Part shown: one piece after another, positions 1-11,300 of the stretch
How positions within the stretch are numbered: the stretch's first letter is position 1
Layout: every line of letters begins with the position of its first letter
From: Owenia fusiformis
Lineage: Eukaryota
Assembly (NCBI GenBank): GCA_903813345.2
Contig: CAIIXF020000001.1
Coordinates: 37,944,001 to 38,008,000, forward strand
Direction: 5' to 3'
DNA length: 64,000 bases
Translations under genes and position numbers: made by a program
Notes under the pieces: generated by a model
Told to the model about the DNA's origin: nothing
Database searches by the model: none
The model's input: only the letters and a program-made list of their open reading frames with translations

Positions 1-219
1 ATGACCATTCACCTGTCTAACAGAGCAAAGCATTCAACGAACCAACATCATTCATCATTCATACAACGTTTATTTATCTTATGTTAATCAAAGGGGTTAA
101 CTCAAAAGTTTCAGACTCCACTTTTGAGAAAAATGGTACACCAAAAACAAAAACCAAAACAGCTTTTTACCTTTCAAATAATTTGGAATGAAATATGAGA
201 CAGTGCTATGAGGTCTCAC

Positions 220-3200
220 CTGGCATCCATTGGGTCTACATGTCTAGGTGTCTCATATCTGCTACTGCCAGGGCTAGATCTGCGACTGCCCAGTCTTGAC
301 CTTAGATCATTCGGATCCCGCCTGTCATCATCCCTCCTCACACGATCCCTCTCCCTAGAATTCTCTCTATCTGGACTCCGTCTACAAGGAATGTTGGGAA
401 AAACTACATAAGGCAACACCAAAGAGTATCAAGTTTTAATAATAAAATAAGTTTTTTTTGTTTTCCTACAACTACAATGATGATTATTTCATTCAAAGAA
501 CTGGACCAAACTCATTATGAAAATAATAACCTTTTATTAAGACCCCACAATCCAAATTCTGGACATAAATAAAACAGACACAGAAATTCAAAGATTGAGA
601 TTGATGCTTGGATTTATCAGAATATCACAGGGAAATACAAGAACACAAATGTGTACAAAATGTCCCCACCTATGGGTGATCCCGTCAAATGGTTATCCTG
701 AAAATGAGTAGACAAGACTTTACCGACACAATTTGAGGATGGAAAATCCAAAATGGCCACCTTAAAATTTACCCAGAATGCAAAAAAATTAGTCAGTTCT
801 AGATTTTCATACTAAGAACCACCCCTGAAAATGTGAAATTGATCCGTCATACAGTTAACCATAAAACATGTTAACAAAACTTTATAGACAAGATTTGAAG
901 ACAGAAAATCCAAAATGGCTGCCTTGACATTTACCCAGAATGCCCAAAAACTAATCAGATCTAGATTTTCATACTAAGAATCATCCCTGAAAATTTGAAA
1001 TTGATCCACCATACGGTTCACCTGAAAACGCGTAGACAAGACTTTACAGACAAGATTTTAGGACGGAAAATCCAAAATGGCTGCCTTGACATTTACACAG
1101 AATGCCCAAAAACTAATCAGATCTAGATTTTCAGACTAAGAATCATCCCTGAAAATTTGAAATTGATCTATCAAACGATTCACCTGAAAACGAGTAGACA
1201 AGACTTTACTGACAAGATTTTAGGACGGAAAAATCCAAAATGGCCGACAATAAAAAAGTGATTATGAGTTTTTGCTGATTTCTTTTTACAAAATTATCAC
1301 ATATAACTATTGTTAACAATAACATAGGCTTTTACAACAAAGTACACCTGAAATTATTTATAAAGCTACTAAATAGTTAAAGTATGAAAACTGAACAAGG
1401 CACAGCCGTGAACAATATCGTACCTAAAACACAGCATTGTGGTCTTGTTGACCAAGAAAGCAAGATGGCCGCAGAAAAGTTAATCAGCTCTGGAACTTAT
1501 CACTGTGTAACATATGTAAAAATTTGAACGGTTTGGCTGGAAACCTGTAGACAAGTCTTGAAAGTGAAGATTTTAGGACGGAAAATCCAAAATGGCCACC
1601 TTAAAATTTACCCAGAATGCCCAAAAACCAATCAGTTCTTGACGTTGATATGTAGAAACATCCCTGAAAATTTCAGATGAATCCCTCAAATGGTTTGGCT
1701 GGAAACCTGTAGACAAGTCTTGAAAGTGACGATTTTAGGAAGGAAAATCCAAAATGGCCACCTTAAGATTTACCCAGAATGCCCAAAAACTAATCAGTTC
1801 TTGACGTTGATATGTAGAAACATCCCTGAAAATTTCAGATGAATCCCTTAAAGGAATATTCCTTGCCAAACAATCTCTCTCCTCATATGGTAGCTATAAC
1901 CATATATATGCTTGCCATGTTTAGCAAAACACGCAAAAATGTTTTGATATGGTCAAATTTGATCACTTAGAAATGTGATGCTCAATTCCAGTAAGCTGCC
2001 ATCTTTTAAAATTTCACACAGGAAGTGATGTCATCGACTCTCAACTTTGCATATAGCATTAGGTGAGGAGCTATTAAGAATTACAAAACCAGCTAAATAT
2101 TCTTTTTCAACTTTGTATCTTATTTAATCCTTCTGAAAATCTCTTCTTTTATTCTAAGTTGACATGCCCTGAAAATATTTTTGCATAGAAAGTAATGATC
2201 ACTTGTCTAGAAGTGATTTTGTGCTACTTTCCTATACTGTTATGGGCAAGGTTATAGAAGTTGAGAGTTGATGACATCACTTCCTGCAAGAAATCTTAAA
2301 AGATGGCAGCTCACTGGAAATAAGCACTAGATTTTTAAATGATCAATATTGACCATATTAAAACATTACCCCATGTTTTGCTATATATGGAAACTATATA
2401 TATGATTATAGCTACCATATCAAGAGAGAAAGGGTCTGGCAAGGAATATTCCTTTAAATGGTTTGGCTGGAAACCTGTAGACAAGTCTTGAAAGTGAAGA
2501 TTTTAGAACGGAAAATCCAAAATGGCCACCTTAAGATTTATCCAGAATGCCCAAAAACTAATCAGTTCTTGACGTTGATATGTAGAAACATCCCTGAAAA
2601 TTTCAGATGAATCCCTCAAATGGTTTGGCTGGAAACCTGTAGACAAGTCTTGAAAGTGAAGATTTTAGGACGGAAAATCCAAAACGGCCATCTTAAGATT
2701 TACCCAGAATGCCCAAAAACTAATCAGTTCTTGACGTTGATATGTAGAAACATCCCTGAAAATTTCAGATGAATCCCTCAAATGGTTTGGCTGGAAACCT
2801 GTAGACAAGTCTTGAAAGTGAAGATTTAAGGACGGAAAATCCAAAATGGCCACCTTAAGATTTACCCAGAATGCCAAAAACTAATCAGTTCTTGACGTTG
2901 ATATGTAGAAACATCCCTGAAAATTTCAGATGAATCCCTCTAATGGTTTGGCTGGAAACCTGTAGACAAGCTGAAAAGTGAGACGCCGCCCGCCGCCCGC
3001 CAAGCTGACTACAATATCGTACCTTTTGTTAGGTACGATAAAAACACCATTCAATATGATACAAAGTATTATCGCTCGCTAACTTTTCTTTAAACATTCA
3101 AAATGGCTGACATGACTGAGCTAACAGGTCCAAAACCTAATCAGATCTAGAATAAAGTGAGCTGAACAAGATTTTAAAGTTTTAAAAGCAACTGTGAAGC

Positions 3201-6200
3201 CGTTTTTCTTAAAGTTTGCAGACAAGGATTTTAGCATTTGACTTCAAAATGGGTGACAGGAAGTAGGTATCGAGCTAATTTTTTTTCATCCACATCTATA
3301 TGCACTCATGAGTTATCCCTGGAAATTTGAAGGTGATATCTGTAGCGGTTTTGGAGAAAACTGCCGGACGTACGGACAAGCGGACAGACGCGCCTAGGCC
3401 GACAATATGGCCCCACACTATGTGGTGGGGACATAAAAAAACTTACCTGGATACTGCCTTTTCTCCTCTTTCTTTTGCTTTCTCTCGTTGAAATTGCTGT
3501 TCATATTTATCAAATCTGTCGATGTTTTCAGGTTTGAGGACTGCTACTATACGCCTCTCTACAACCTCTTCCTGTGGATCCAGGAGTTCATCTCTATCAA
3601 ATATAGGTTCAGATCCCTCATCTTTACGTCTTGGTACAACAACATCTGCAGCATACAGGTGCTTGGGTATAACAGCAGGAGAGTTCCCTCGTATGTTGCG
3701 CTGTATACCAATCGTAATGTTCTCATCAGCTTTGAAAGGTCTATCATAGGGAGTTGTGAAACGTTCATTCAAAGTTAGTTTATCTTCAACCTCTTTGATG
3801 ACTTTCTCAACATGTAATTCTTCTTCTGGGCTGCTTCGTCTTCTTCCTCTCTGTATATCTGGTTCTTTCTGTCTGTCTCGTTCTTTACTTCTACTCCGAT
3901 CTCTCCTGTAATCTCTGTCTTCACGTCTATCTCGTCTTTCATCTTTATCTTCTCGTCTGTCATCTCTTCGGGAATCTTGCCTCTTGGGAGATGGTCTTCT
4001 TCCTCTCTTGGGTGAAGGAGATCTGCGCCTTGGGGACCTCTCCTCACGTTTCCCTCTGCTTCTGTCTCTACAATATGATGAATAGGATTCTCAATGAATA
4101 AGTAAAGACATGCTGATTGCAGATGCATATTACATGTAGCTATGTGGGGTTTTACCCTTGGTTCTATGGAGCAACATCAATAATGTTAATTTATACAATT
4201 CATGTAATTCAGTTAAAAACATCTTGTAATAAAAGAAACAAATGTGAACTAATTGTTATAGGAAAGCACCCCAATATGTTTAATCCAAGTATAGCTTATA
4301 CACCCCATGTCTTAATTCCCATTTATACATTCCCAATGATTGCTAATGTGACTGGCATAAAATGCTGTTTGAGTTATACAAGAAATACACTATGGTTCTT
4401 GAATCTAGCTACATGATCTAAAGAAATACACTAAATATGTAAAAGGAATCAGCATTATTGTGTAAGTTGAGTCTACTCACTCATGCCTACTGTCTCTTCT
4501 CTGCACTCGTTGAGGAGATCTAGAATAGCGTCTTTTTCTCTCAGGGGTTCTAGATCTTCTACGGGGTGGTGGACTGGGAGATCTTTTAAAAGAATTAGAG
4601 CCCCTGAAATCATCAACTCTAGGTGTGAACACATGAATCGATATAACAATGATGTAAGACACGTCATACAGTTGCTTTGTAATTGTTGTTCTTGTTGTTT
4701 TGAACTGATTCTATAAATTATTTATAGACTTTTGGATGTTCTGTGTATTTTATCTAATAATTTACCTTTTCAGAACTTGCTCCAAAATTGCAACAAGAAA
4801 ATGAAAATCATCACACTCACTGGCGGATCTGGGAGGGGGCCTAGGGTGGGCCCAAAAAAATGAAAGAAAATGGGCCTCAAATTTTCAAAAGTTGGGCCCA
4901 CTTTAGGGTTTTAGGGGCCCAACATTTTTTTGATATGGATCAATAGATCTGGATACCAATGAGTTAATGAATTAAACAGATGACATGGCTCTGTATGCCA
5001 TTCTGTGTCTATCTCTCACCTAGGACCTGTTCTCTTTTCTTTGGGAGACCTTGATCTTGACCTATAAAAAAAGAATGATAAACATGCATTTCTCATTTCA
5101 TAGATTCTTAATTATCGTATCATTATGCAAGTGTACCAACATGTCTACATTGGAAAAAAGAAATAGAAAACTAAAACGTTTAATGAAAGTTCTTTAGACT
5201 ATAAGGCTGAACTGAAACTGAATTGCAACATTATTTTAAAATGCAGAACTGATGCGTGGGAAATTAAGACTTTATTTGGTCCGTTGGGTCAACTGAGCAA
5301 AATTCCAATATACATACCTTATAATGGATGACATCAACTACATCTTAAAGTAATAGAATTTTGAATGAGATGAGATTAAGTGTTTACCTATAAAAAAATT
5401 CCCATAAGGAATGATATTTTCAGAACAATATTTCAAGAGGAAATTGATAAGAACATTACTGGTACTAACCAGACCATGTTAGCATTTCGAGCACTAAAAG
5501 TAGATTATTCTTCTGAGATCACACATAGTCTTAACTTATTAGTTCCTTCAAATTAATACCCTGTCTTGAAAGAACCACATTCTTTTTTGCATTTTTGCAT
5601 ACAGTTCAACTGAGTTTTGTTCTGTATAATATGTTTCTCGTGTATCTTACTGGGAAATATTAAAGATCATGTGAGAGTTCTGCTGCTTTTGCCATATGAA
5701 TGAAACTGAAGAATTTTTCCTGAGAATATGCAGTATGTCAAGTTTTTATGGGTTGGTTTTCAGCCCATTTCTTCAAGGTATATACTGTACGCCCGGTATT
5801 ATTCGCGTGCGATTTAGTTTTGCGCTTTTCGCAAGGGTGTTAAAATCGCGAAAAATTATCGTCGCGAAATTGCCAATTAAATCCCCGGGAATTTGTTTTT
5901 ACCCAGGGCTCTGATGCATTTCGTTTTGTATAAAACGTTTCGTCTAGTGTTATTGGGCGATAATTGAATGATTTCCACCAACATGTCTATTTTACGTTGG
6001 CTAGTCAGGCCAACTACTACCAACAATGCCAGGTCTCATTTGATTTTCGTGGCCAATTGATGATGTTTCCCTCTGTCTGAGTAAATGATTTCAGTGGCTT
6101 GTTAAATATACTAGTAGTGCATTATGGGTAGGGACTGCTGTGAAATGATGAACGTTAATGACATCTACTAGTGTCTAAGTTCCAATTACTAGTACAAGTA

Positions 6201-8097
6201 AGTGAAATTCGCGAAATTTAATAGCTGCGAAATCGTGTTTTCGAAAATTCGCGAAATTAAATCTCGCAAATAATACCGGCCGTACAGTAGATGGGAGGAT
6301 TTGTCTATCTGCAGTGTCAATTGCGTCTATGGGGTTTGAAGAGAAAGCCTGGACTACAGTCTATCATCAAACAGTGGCACACGTTTCCATTGGCTTTCAA
6401 AAAAAGACCATGGACATGGGCATAGTCAGGTGAGGGTGAGGCATTTCAATTTTACAGAAACATATTTTTTAAACATTATATGAACTAAAACTAGATGGAA
6501 GTCCATTTGGTAAATATTATGCCTCCTTTAGTTCAAATTTGCTTAACTAACAAATATTTTACAAAAACTATTTTTTCAGACATTAAACTTTAACTCTTTA
6601 AATGAAGTTCAAAGGTAAGCATTATGCCTCATTTTAACCAAATTTGCCTCGCTTAAGTTATGAATTTTTGCCTCAGCAGTATTGATTGTTTCATGGGCTT
6701 TCAAGAGAAAGCCTGTGATAGTTTCTCTGGCTACATCAAATCATGTTCTCCACAGGATATGTTCAAGGGAACAAACAGTGATTCATATCTCAATATCGAT
6801 TCCAAAAAAGACCATGGGGGAGCCAGTCATAAAGCAGGTGAGGTAACTCCTCATCACAATTTAAAAGAAACATTTTTTTAAACAATTTTTTTGACTACAC
6901 CCGATTTCCTGGCCTGACTTCGTCGATAGAAATTGAAATATAAGAGATACCTGAAGATTATAGGAGTCTTACTTACCCTCTAGAGGTTAGAACACACATT
7001 TCAATGAAACCCTATCACCTTTGTTGTGTCAACCATAGAGCATTTAGCACAATATCCAAGAGGTAAAATATGGACCGTGAAAATGAATGATTTCCTTGTA
7101 AGTTCTGGAAGTTTCAATACAATAAATTATCAAACGTTTGTGAAAATTGAATGTTTGTACGTTGATTCTATAATTTACAATTTGTATATTCTTCTATACT
7201 TTACATTGGTCTAAATTATAAAGCATCACAAACAGGTCCTACTGTATAGACTAATACAACGGACGACCCATTCATACTTTCTGCGCAACTGTAGATCAAG
7301 CAGTTTCTTGTATCTTAGAACAGGCCATTCTCCTCTGCCCTATCCTAAACTCATCTGCAAGCGACCACAAAACATTCTTTCCTAATATTCTAATAATTAT
7401 TTTCACATCATACATGATTGGATGACATATGACAAAATTAAAGTTCAAGGTCAATACATTATTTTGTGATAGGGGCAACACCTTCCCGGAAGTGAACACG
7501 AGGAAAATGGAAAAGTCCCAAAAGCATTTACACAAATATTAATCAAGTACAGTGCTTATACTTCATCATGAACAAAACAAAGTTGATATGGTTTCATTGA
7601 AATGTGTGTTCTAACCTCTAGAGGGTAAGTAAGACTCCTAATCTTCAGGTAACTCTCATATTTAAAGTTCTACCGACGGAGGCAGGCCGGGAAATCGGGT
7701 TTAGAACTAGTCTTCTGTGGAAATGAAGTCCAAACCATAACTTAACGAATTCCTGGAAGTCCTTGTCAAAAAGCCTTCAAAGGTAGCAACAATATGCCAC
7801 GCAATATGCTTCTTCTTATCCAAATTTACCTCGCCTATTAATTTTTGACTCGCTGCACCCGGCCCGATTGCCTAGATTCTTGAAAAATCATCATTCAGAA
7901 ACTGTAGGAAAATTTGCCATAACTTTGTGGAAAATACAATATGGCATTCTTCATTCTATGATATTGTTCCAAGTTGACAAAATAAATTAGATCTACTTGC
8001 AAAAGTAATTCTAAAAAAATGAATAGTCTATAATTGCTGATTGAGAATGAGGCTGCACTTACCGCGACCAAGAGAGGCCTCTATAACCCTTCGGCAT
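220..8097 (-). CDS. RS/RD-rich nuclear protein, BCLAF1/THRAP3-like candidate (5' part; gene continues off the left edge)
   Basis: Frame-consistent GT-AG exons on minus: 8063-8097 (MPKGYRGLSWSR), 5020-5061 (SRSRSPKEKRTGP), 4481-4618 (RSPSPPPRRRSRTPERKRRYSRSP), 3447-4067 (RD/RE-rich, then KLTLNERFTTPY...EGSEPIFDRDEL), 220-381 (RSPDRENSRE...DPNDLRSRLGSRR). All introns are phase 2. TLNERFT and DxxDLR resemble BCLAF1/THRAP3 motifs (from memory). Confidence 0.75.
1395..3044 (+). mobile_element. Helentron/HINE-like element with ~126-bp tandem array, nested in the previous element
   Basis: Starts ACAAGG, subterminal AATATCGTACCT at 1414, 3' hairpin ATCGTACCT-6nt-AGGTACGAT at 3016-3039 preceded by (CGCC)n. 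Near-identical ~126-bp units GGTTTGGCTGGAAACCTGTAGACAAG... from ~1530 to 2970. Confidence 0.65.
1852..2453. mobile_element. Palindromic MITE with TTAA target duplication (Kolobok-like)
   Basis: TTAA at 1848-1851 and 2454-2457, termini AGGAATATTCC...GGAATATTCCT, ~200-bp imperfect inverted arms. It splits one 126-bp tandem unit exactly. Confidence 0.8.
5783..6289. mobile_element. MITE with terminal inverted repeats
   Basis: TACTGTACGCCCGGTATTATTCGCG... versus ...CGCAAATAATACCGGCCGTACAGTA, with repeated CGCGAAA(A/T) subterminal motifs. Confidence 0.75.
6899..7700. mobile_element. Non-autonomous inverted-repeat element (~110-bp TIRs)
   Basis: 6899-7010 (ACCCGATTTCC...CTTACTTACCCTCTAGAGGTTAGAACACACATTTCAATGAAACC) is the reverse complement of ~7590-7700. 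Confidence 0.75.
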
Positions 8098-8525
8098 TCT
8101 AAAATTCGAGCTCTATCGGCGTGCAAAAACGAATACACGTTACCCCTGCATCCAAGGCAATTCTGGAATGGTGAGAAGAAACGAATAAAGACACCGATGT
8201 TTGCAAAATCTGATATTTATTGAAAACAATTTTCACGTTTCTAAATTGGATTTGGGATTGAGACATCACTGAAATGCAACTTTGAAACAGAATAGGAAAA
8301 CTGAAATAAGTCTTTATAAATCTTGTGATAGACCTATATATATTAAGATTAAAAATGACAATATTCAAAGTAGTATTTGGTGGTCATAATATATAAATCA
8401 ATACTTAATCACTTTATATATTTTTATTTTCGCTTAGAATATGTTAATTTGGATTTTGCTTTTAGACCTACCAGATCAGGCGCATGCGTACAATAGCCAG
8501 CCCTCAAGCCTGATAAGAAATCACG
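8098..8525. promoter_or_regulatory. Probable bidirectional promoter with NRF1-type site and non-coding first exon of the GTSF1-like gene
   Basis: Minus-strand ATG at 8097 and a plus-strand donor (CACG/GTAGGT at 8526) lie ~430 bp apart. GCGCATGCG palindrome at 8480-8488. Confidence 0.5.
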
Positions 8526-8691
8526 GTAGGTATTTCTCTTTTTTTACAGACAATACTCATCATTATACTCTGAAAATACAATATGTGACTCATCATGAAT
8601 GTGTCCACGTTTTCTATTAGTTCGAACGCTTAATTTCTCATAAAAATACTTCAAATTGAAAGAACACGCAGGCAGTCAAAATTATGTTGTA

Positions 8692-8928
8692 CAGTTCGGG
8701 ACATAAATAAATGACAGGTGGATTTGCTGAAGTGAGAATTTCCCATGTTAAAAATAAGAGAATTTTCAAGAGGCCATACATCAGTGGATGAGATTATACA
8801 AAATGTGAAATATACAAATTTTAAGGGATATGTATCTAGACAATATTGGAAATTATGGGCTTTCAGACGACCATAATTAGGAAACGGTGATCGAAAATCG
8901 ACCTGTCATTTATTTTTGTCCCCAACTG
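8692..8928. mobile_element. Tc1/mariner-type MITE
   Basis: TA-flanked CAGTTCGGGACATAAATAAATGACAGG ... CCTGTCATTTATTTTTGTCCCCAACTG. Confidence 0.75.
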
Positions 8929-9323
8929 TATAGGCTAAAGGCTGTATGTTACACTGGTGATCCGCTCGATTACGCTGATAACCGAAACGAACCGTTATGT
9001 ACTTGTGGTGGTTCGATAAATCGGCAACTCATATAATCATTTCCTACCACCCGAATCATGGTTCACACTACGTGAATATTGATCCTTTAGTCGCAAACCA
9101 CCACGTCCTCTCTGCTGAACATATTTCTCCATTCCTGCACTGATTTCCCACATCGCGAACTGCACAATTTTGTGGTTCACGATGTGGGATCTCTGTTTTT
9201 GAGTCGAGAAATATGTTTGGGAGAAAAGTATTGGTTGTTCTCAATTAGCATCAATATTCGCGTTGTGAGAACTGTGGTGGTCAGTTTTAGAAATTTTTTG
9301 AGGAAAATAATATGGGGATATAG

Positions 9324-9881
9324 TTATCGTATCCTACCGACCACTTAAGATTGTGGTCGTACGCCCGATTCATTGGTAAGCCTGTCTTTCTACAATGTCG
9401 GAGAATGAACTACGCATTGCACTATTAAATGACCTACCTCGATACATTCCAGAGTACTTTAGAATTTTTTTTATGTTGTTAGATCGCCAATTGTATGGGT
9501 TTATCGGCAGAATGAATAGATTTTAGTTTTTACTTCGAAAATATGTCAGCAATTTTCAATATGTCGGAAGGGGAATTCCCCAGGGATTTCCCTTATGACT
9601 GGTTCATGCCGGGAACTGAATGGAGGAATTTGACGGTTGAAATAAGTTAAATATTACACGCAAATATTGCTATCAAAAATGAAAATATTTTCGTTCTGCC
9701 GATAAACCCATACAATTGGCGATCTAACAACATAAAAAGAATTCTAATATACTCTGGAATGTATCGAGGTAGGTCATTTAATAGTGCAATGCGTAGTTCA
9801 TTCTCCGACATTGTAGAAAGACAGGCTTACCAATGAATCGGGCGTACGACCACAATCTAAAGGGGTCGTAGGATGCGATAA
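9324..9881. mobile_element. Foldback element with 9-bp TSD (Mutator-like)
   Basis: GGGATATAG at 9315-9323 and 9882-9890, with ~190-bp near-perfect inverted arms. Confidence 0.8.
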
Positions 9882-11300
9882 GGGATATAGTAAAATTTTA
9901 AATGTTTGTGAGTACTTTGAATTTAAAAAATAAGCAATCAAATGACCAAATTGAATCAGTTTATGTAAAAATAGAAACATTTATATTTATCCTAACTTTT
10001 GTATATTTCAGATAGTAATGTATAATGTGCAGCAAAGCTGTGGCCTTTTGTAATTTAACATCTATTAAGTTGTGTAATTTAGGAAGTTTCAGCCATGTTA
10101 ATTTTTCCGAAAATAACATGGCAAAGTAGCAAAATATAAGAGGACACAGATATGATAGCTAAACTACAAAACAAACTAAAATATAAGTTCGTAAAATTCA
10201 TATTATAGGAAAATATTTTTTCTGTGATTTTTCTTAATATTTGATACTTGTATATTTCTATTTCACTATTTTCCAATTTTAAGTTTCATATTTTAAAGTA
10301 ATGTCAAATGTTTTCACTTGGATTAATTTGCGAGGGAATATTTTGTGTGCTCTTTGTGGTCATAGTCATTAGTCTTTGTCTAGTTCAGTGTTTTCAGTAG
10401 GTTTGTCCAAGATTGCGTCCCTGGGACGTAACAATTTTCAAAAAATGCATCTCCCCTCAAAAAACTGCGTCCCTTGAAATAATGTTCCCGGGAATTCAAA
10501 ATCACGCTTTTGCACTGGACGAAATAAAATTGATGAAATTTTGTATTGCTTTTGGAGTATTGGATAACTATTTGTCTTATCACATGTCTTGTACTATTTC
10601 GATCAGAAATCAACTTCCGGGAAGGAAACTTCGAAAGAAAATTTTATTTCTTTTAGAAATAGAATTTCCTTCAATTATTTAGTGGATTCTGACGAAATAA
10701 AGAGACTGAAGGTAAATGGATTCACGAAGTGATTTACGAAATTCAAATTGCGTCCCAAAAACGTAATTATTTTTTTAATTTACGTCCACCCAATCTTGAT
10801 TTACGTCCTCTCCATTGAAGGACGCAGTTAATGAAACTACAGCTAGTTATACATATATGTATAGCCCCTTCCACTGGAGGAAATGCCTTCCCATCATACT
10901 CATGGTCAATACACATCTGATTGATATTTGATTGGTCCATAGATATTTTGGTAAAAGAAAAGAAATCTTATTGCAGTCAATCTCCCACAGTCAGTATTCC
11001 AAAGGATAATACACTGTACTTGCCTATGTGGATCCAACAATGGATTAAGATCTCTCTAAATATCTATTGAAATTCAAGTGGTCATTTGTATTGTAGAATG
11101 TAACCAGAAATGTAAATACAGTGAATTTAATTTGGTGTCTGAGAGACCAGCTGGCTTGTATTGTTGGGCAGAGAAGGATGTCTTACTAGGCTATAAAGGA
11201 TTAATTTCTCATGATCAATGTACATCCCACATCACATGTGGCATACTTCTAACCAAGTGTCATTAGACAGAGCAAACTTCTTGTAATTTTAGAAGTGAAA

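Larger units (their letters stand above)
637..3440 (+). mobile_element. Helentron/HINE-like non-autonomous element with internal ~120-bp tandem repeats (outer element of a nest)
   Basis: Starts ACAAG..., subterminal TGTCCCCACC at 661 with complement GGTGGGGACA at ~3424. GGAC/GACG microsatellite and a short hairpin at the 3' end followed by an A-run. Tandem units (AAAATCCAAAATGG...) at ~710-1250. Confidence 0.55.

Noticed and set aside
1530..2970. Regular repeats as a CRISPR-like array
   Set aside because: Units are head-to-tail with no unique spacers, in a eukaryotic intron, inside a transposon.
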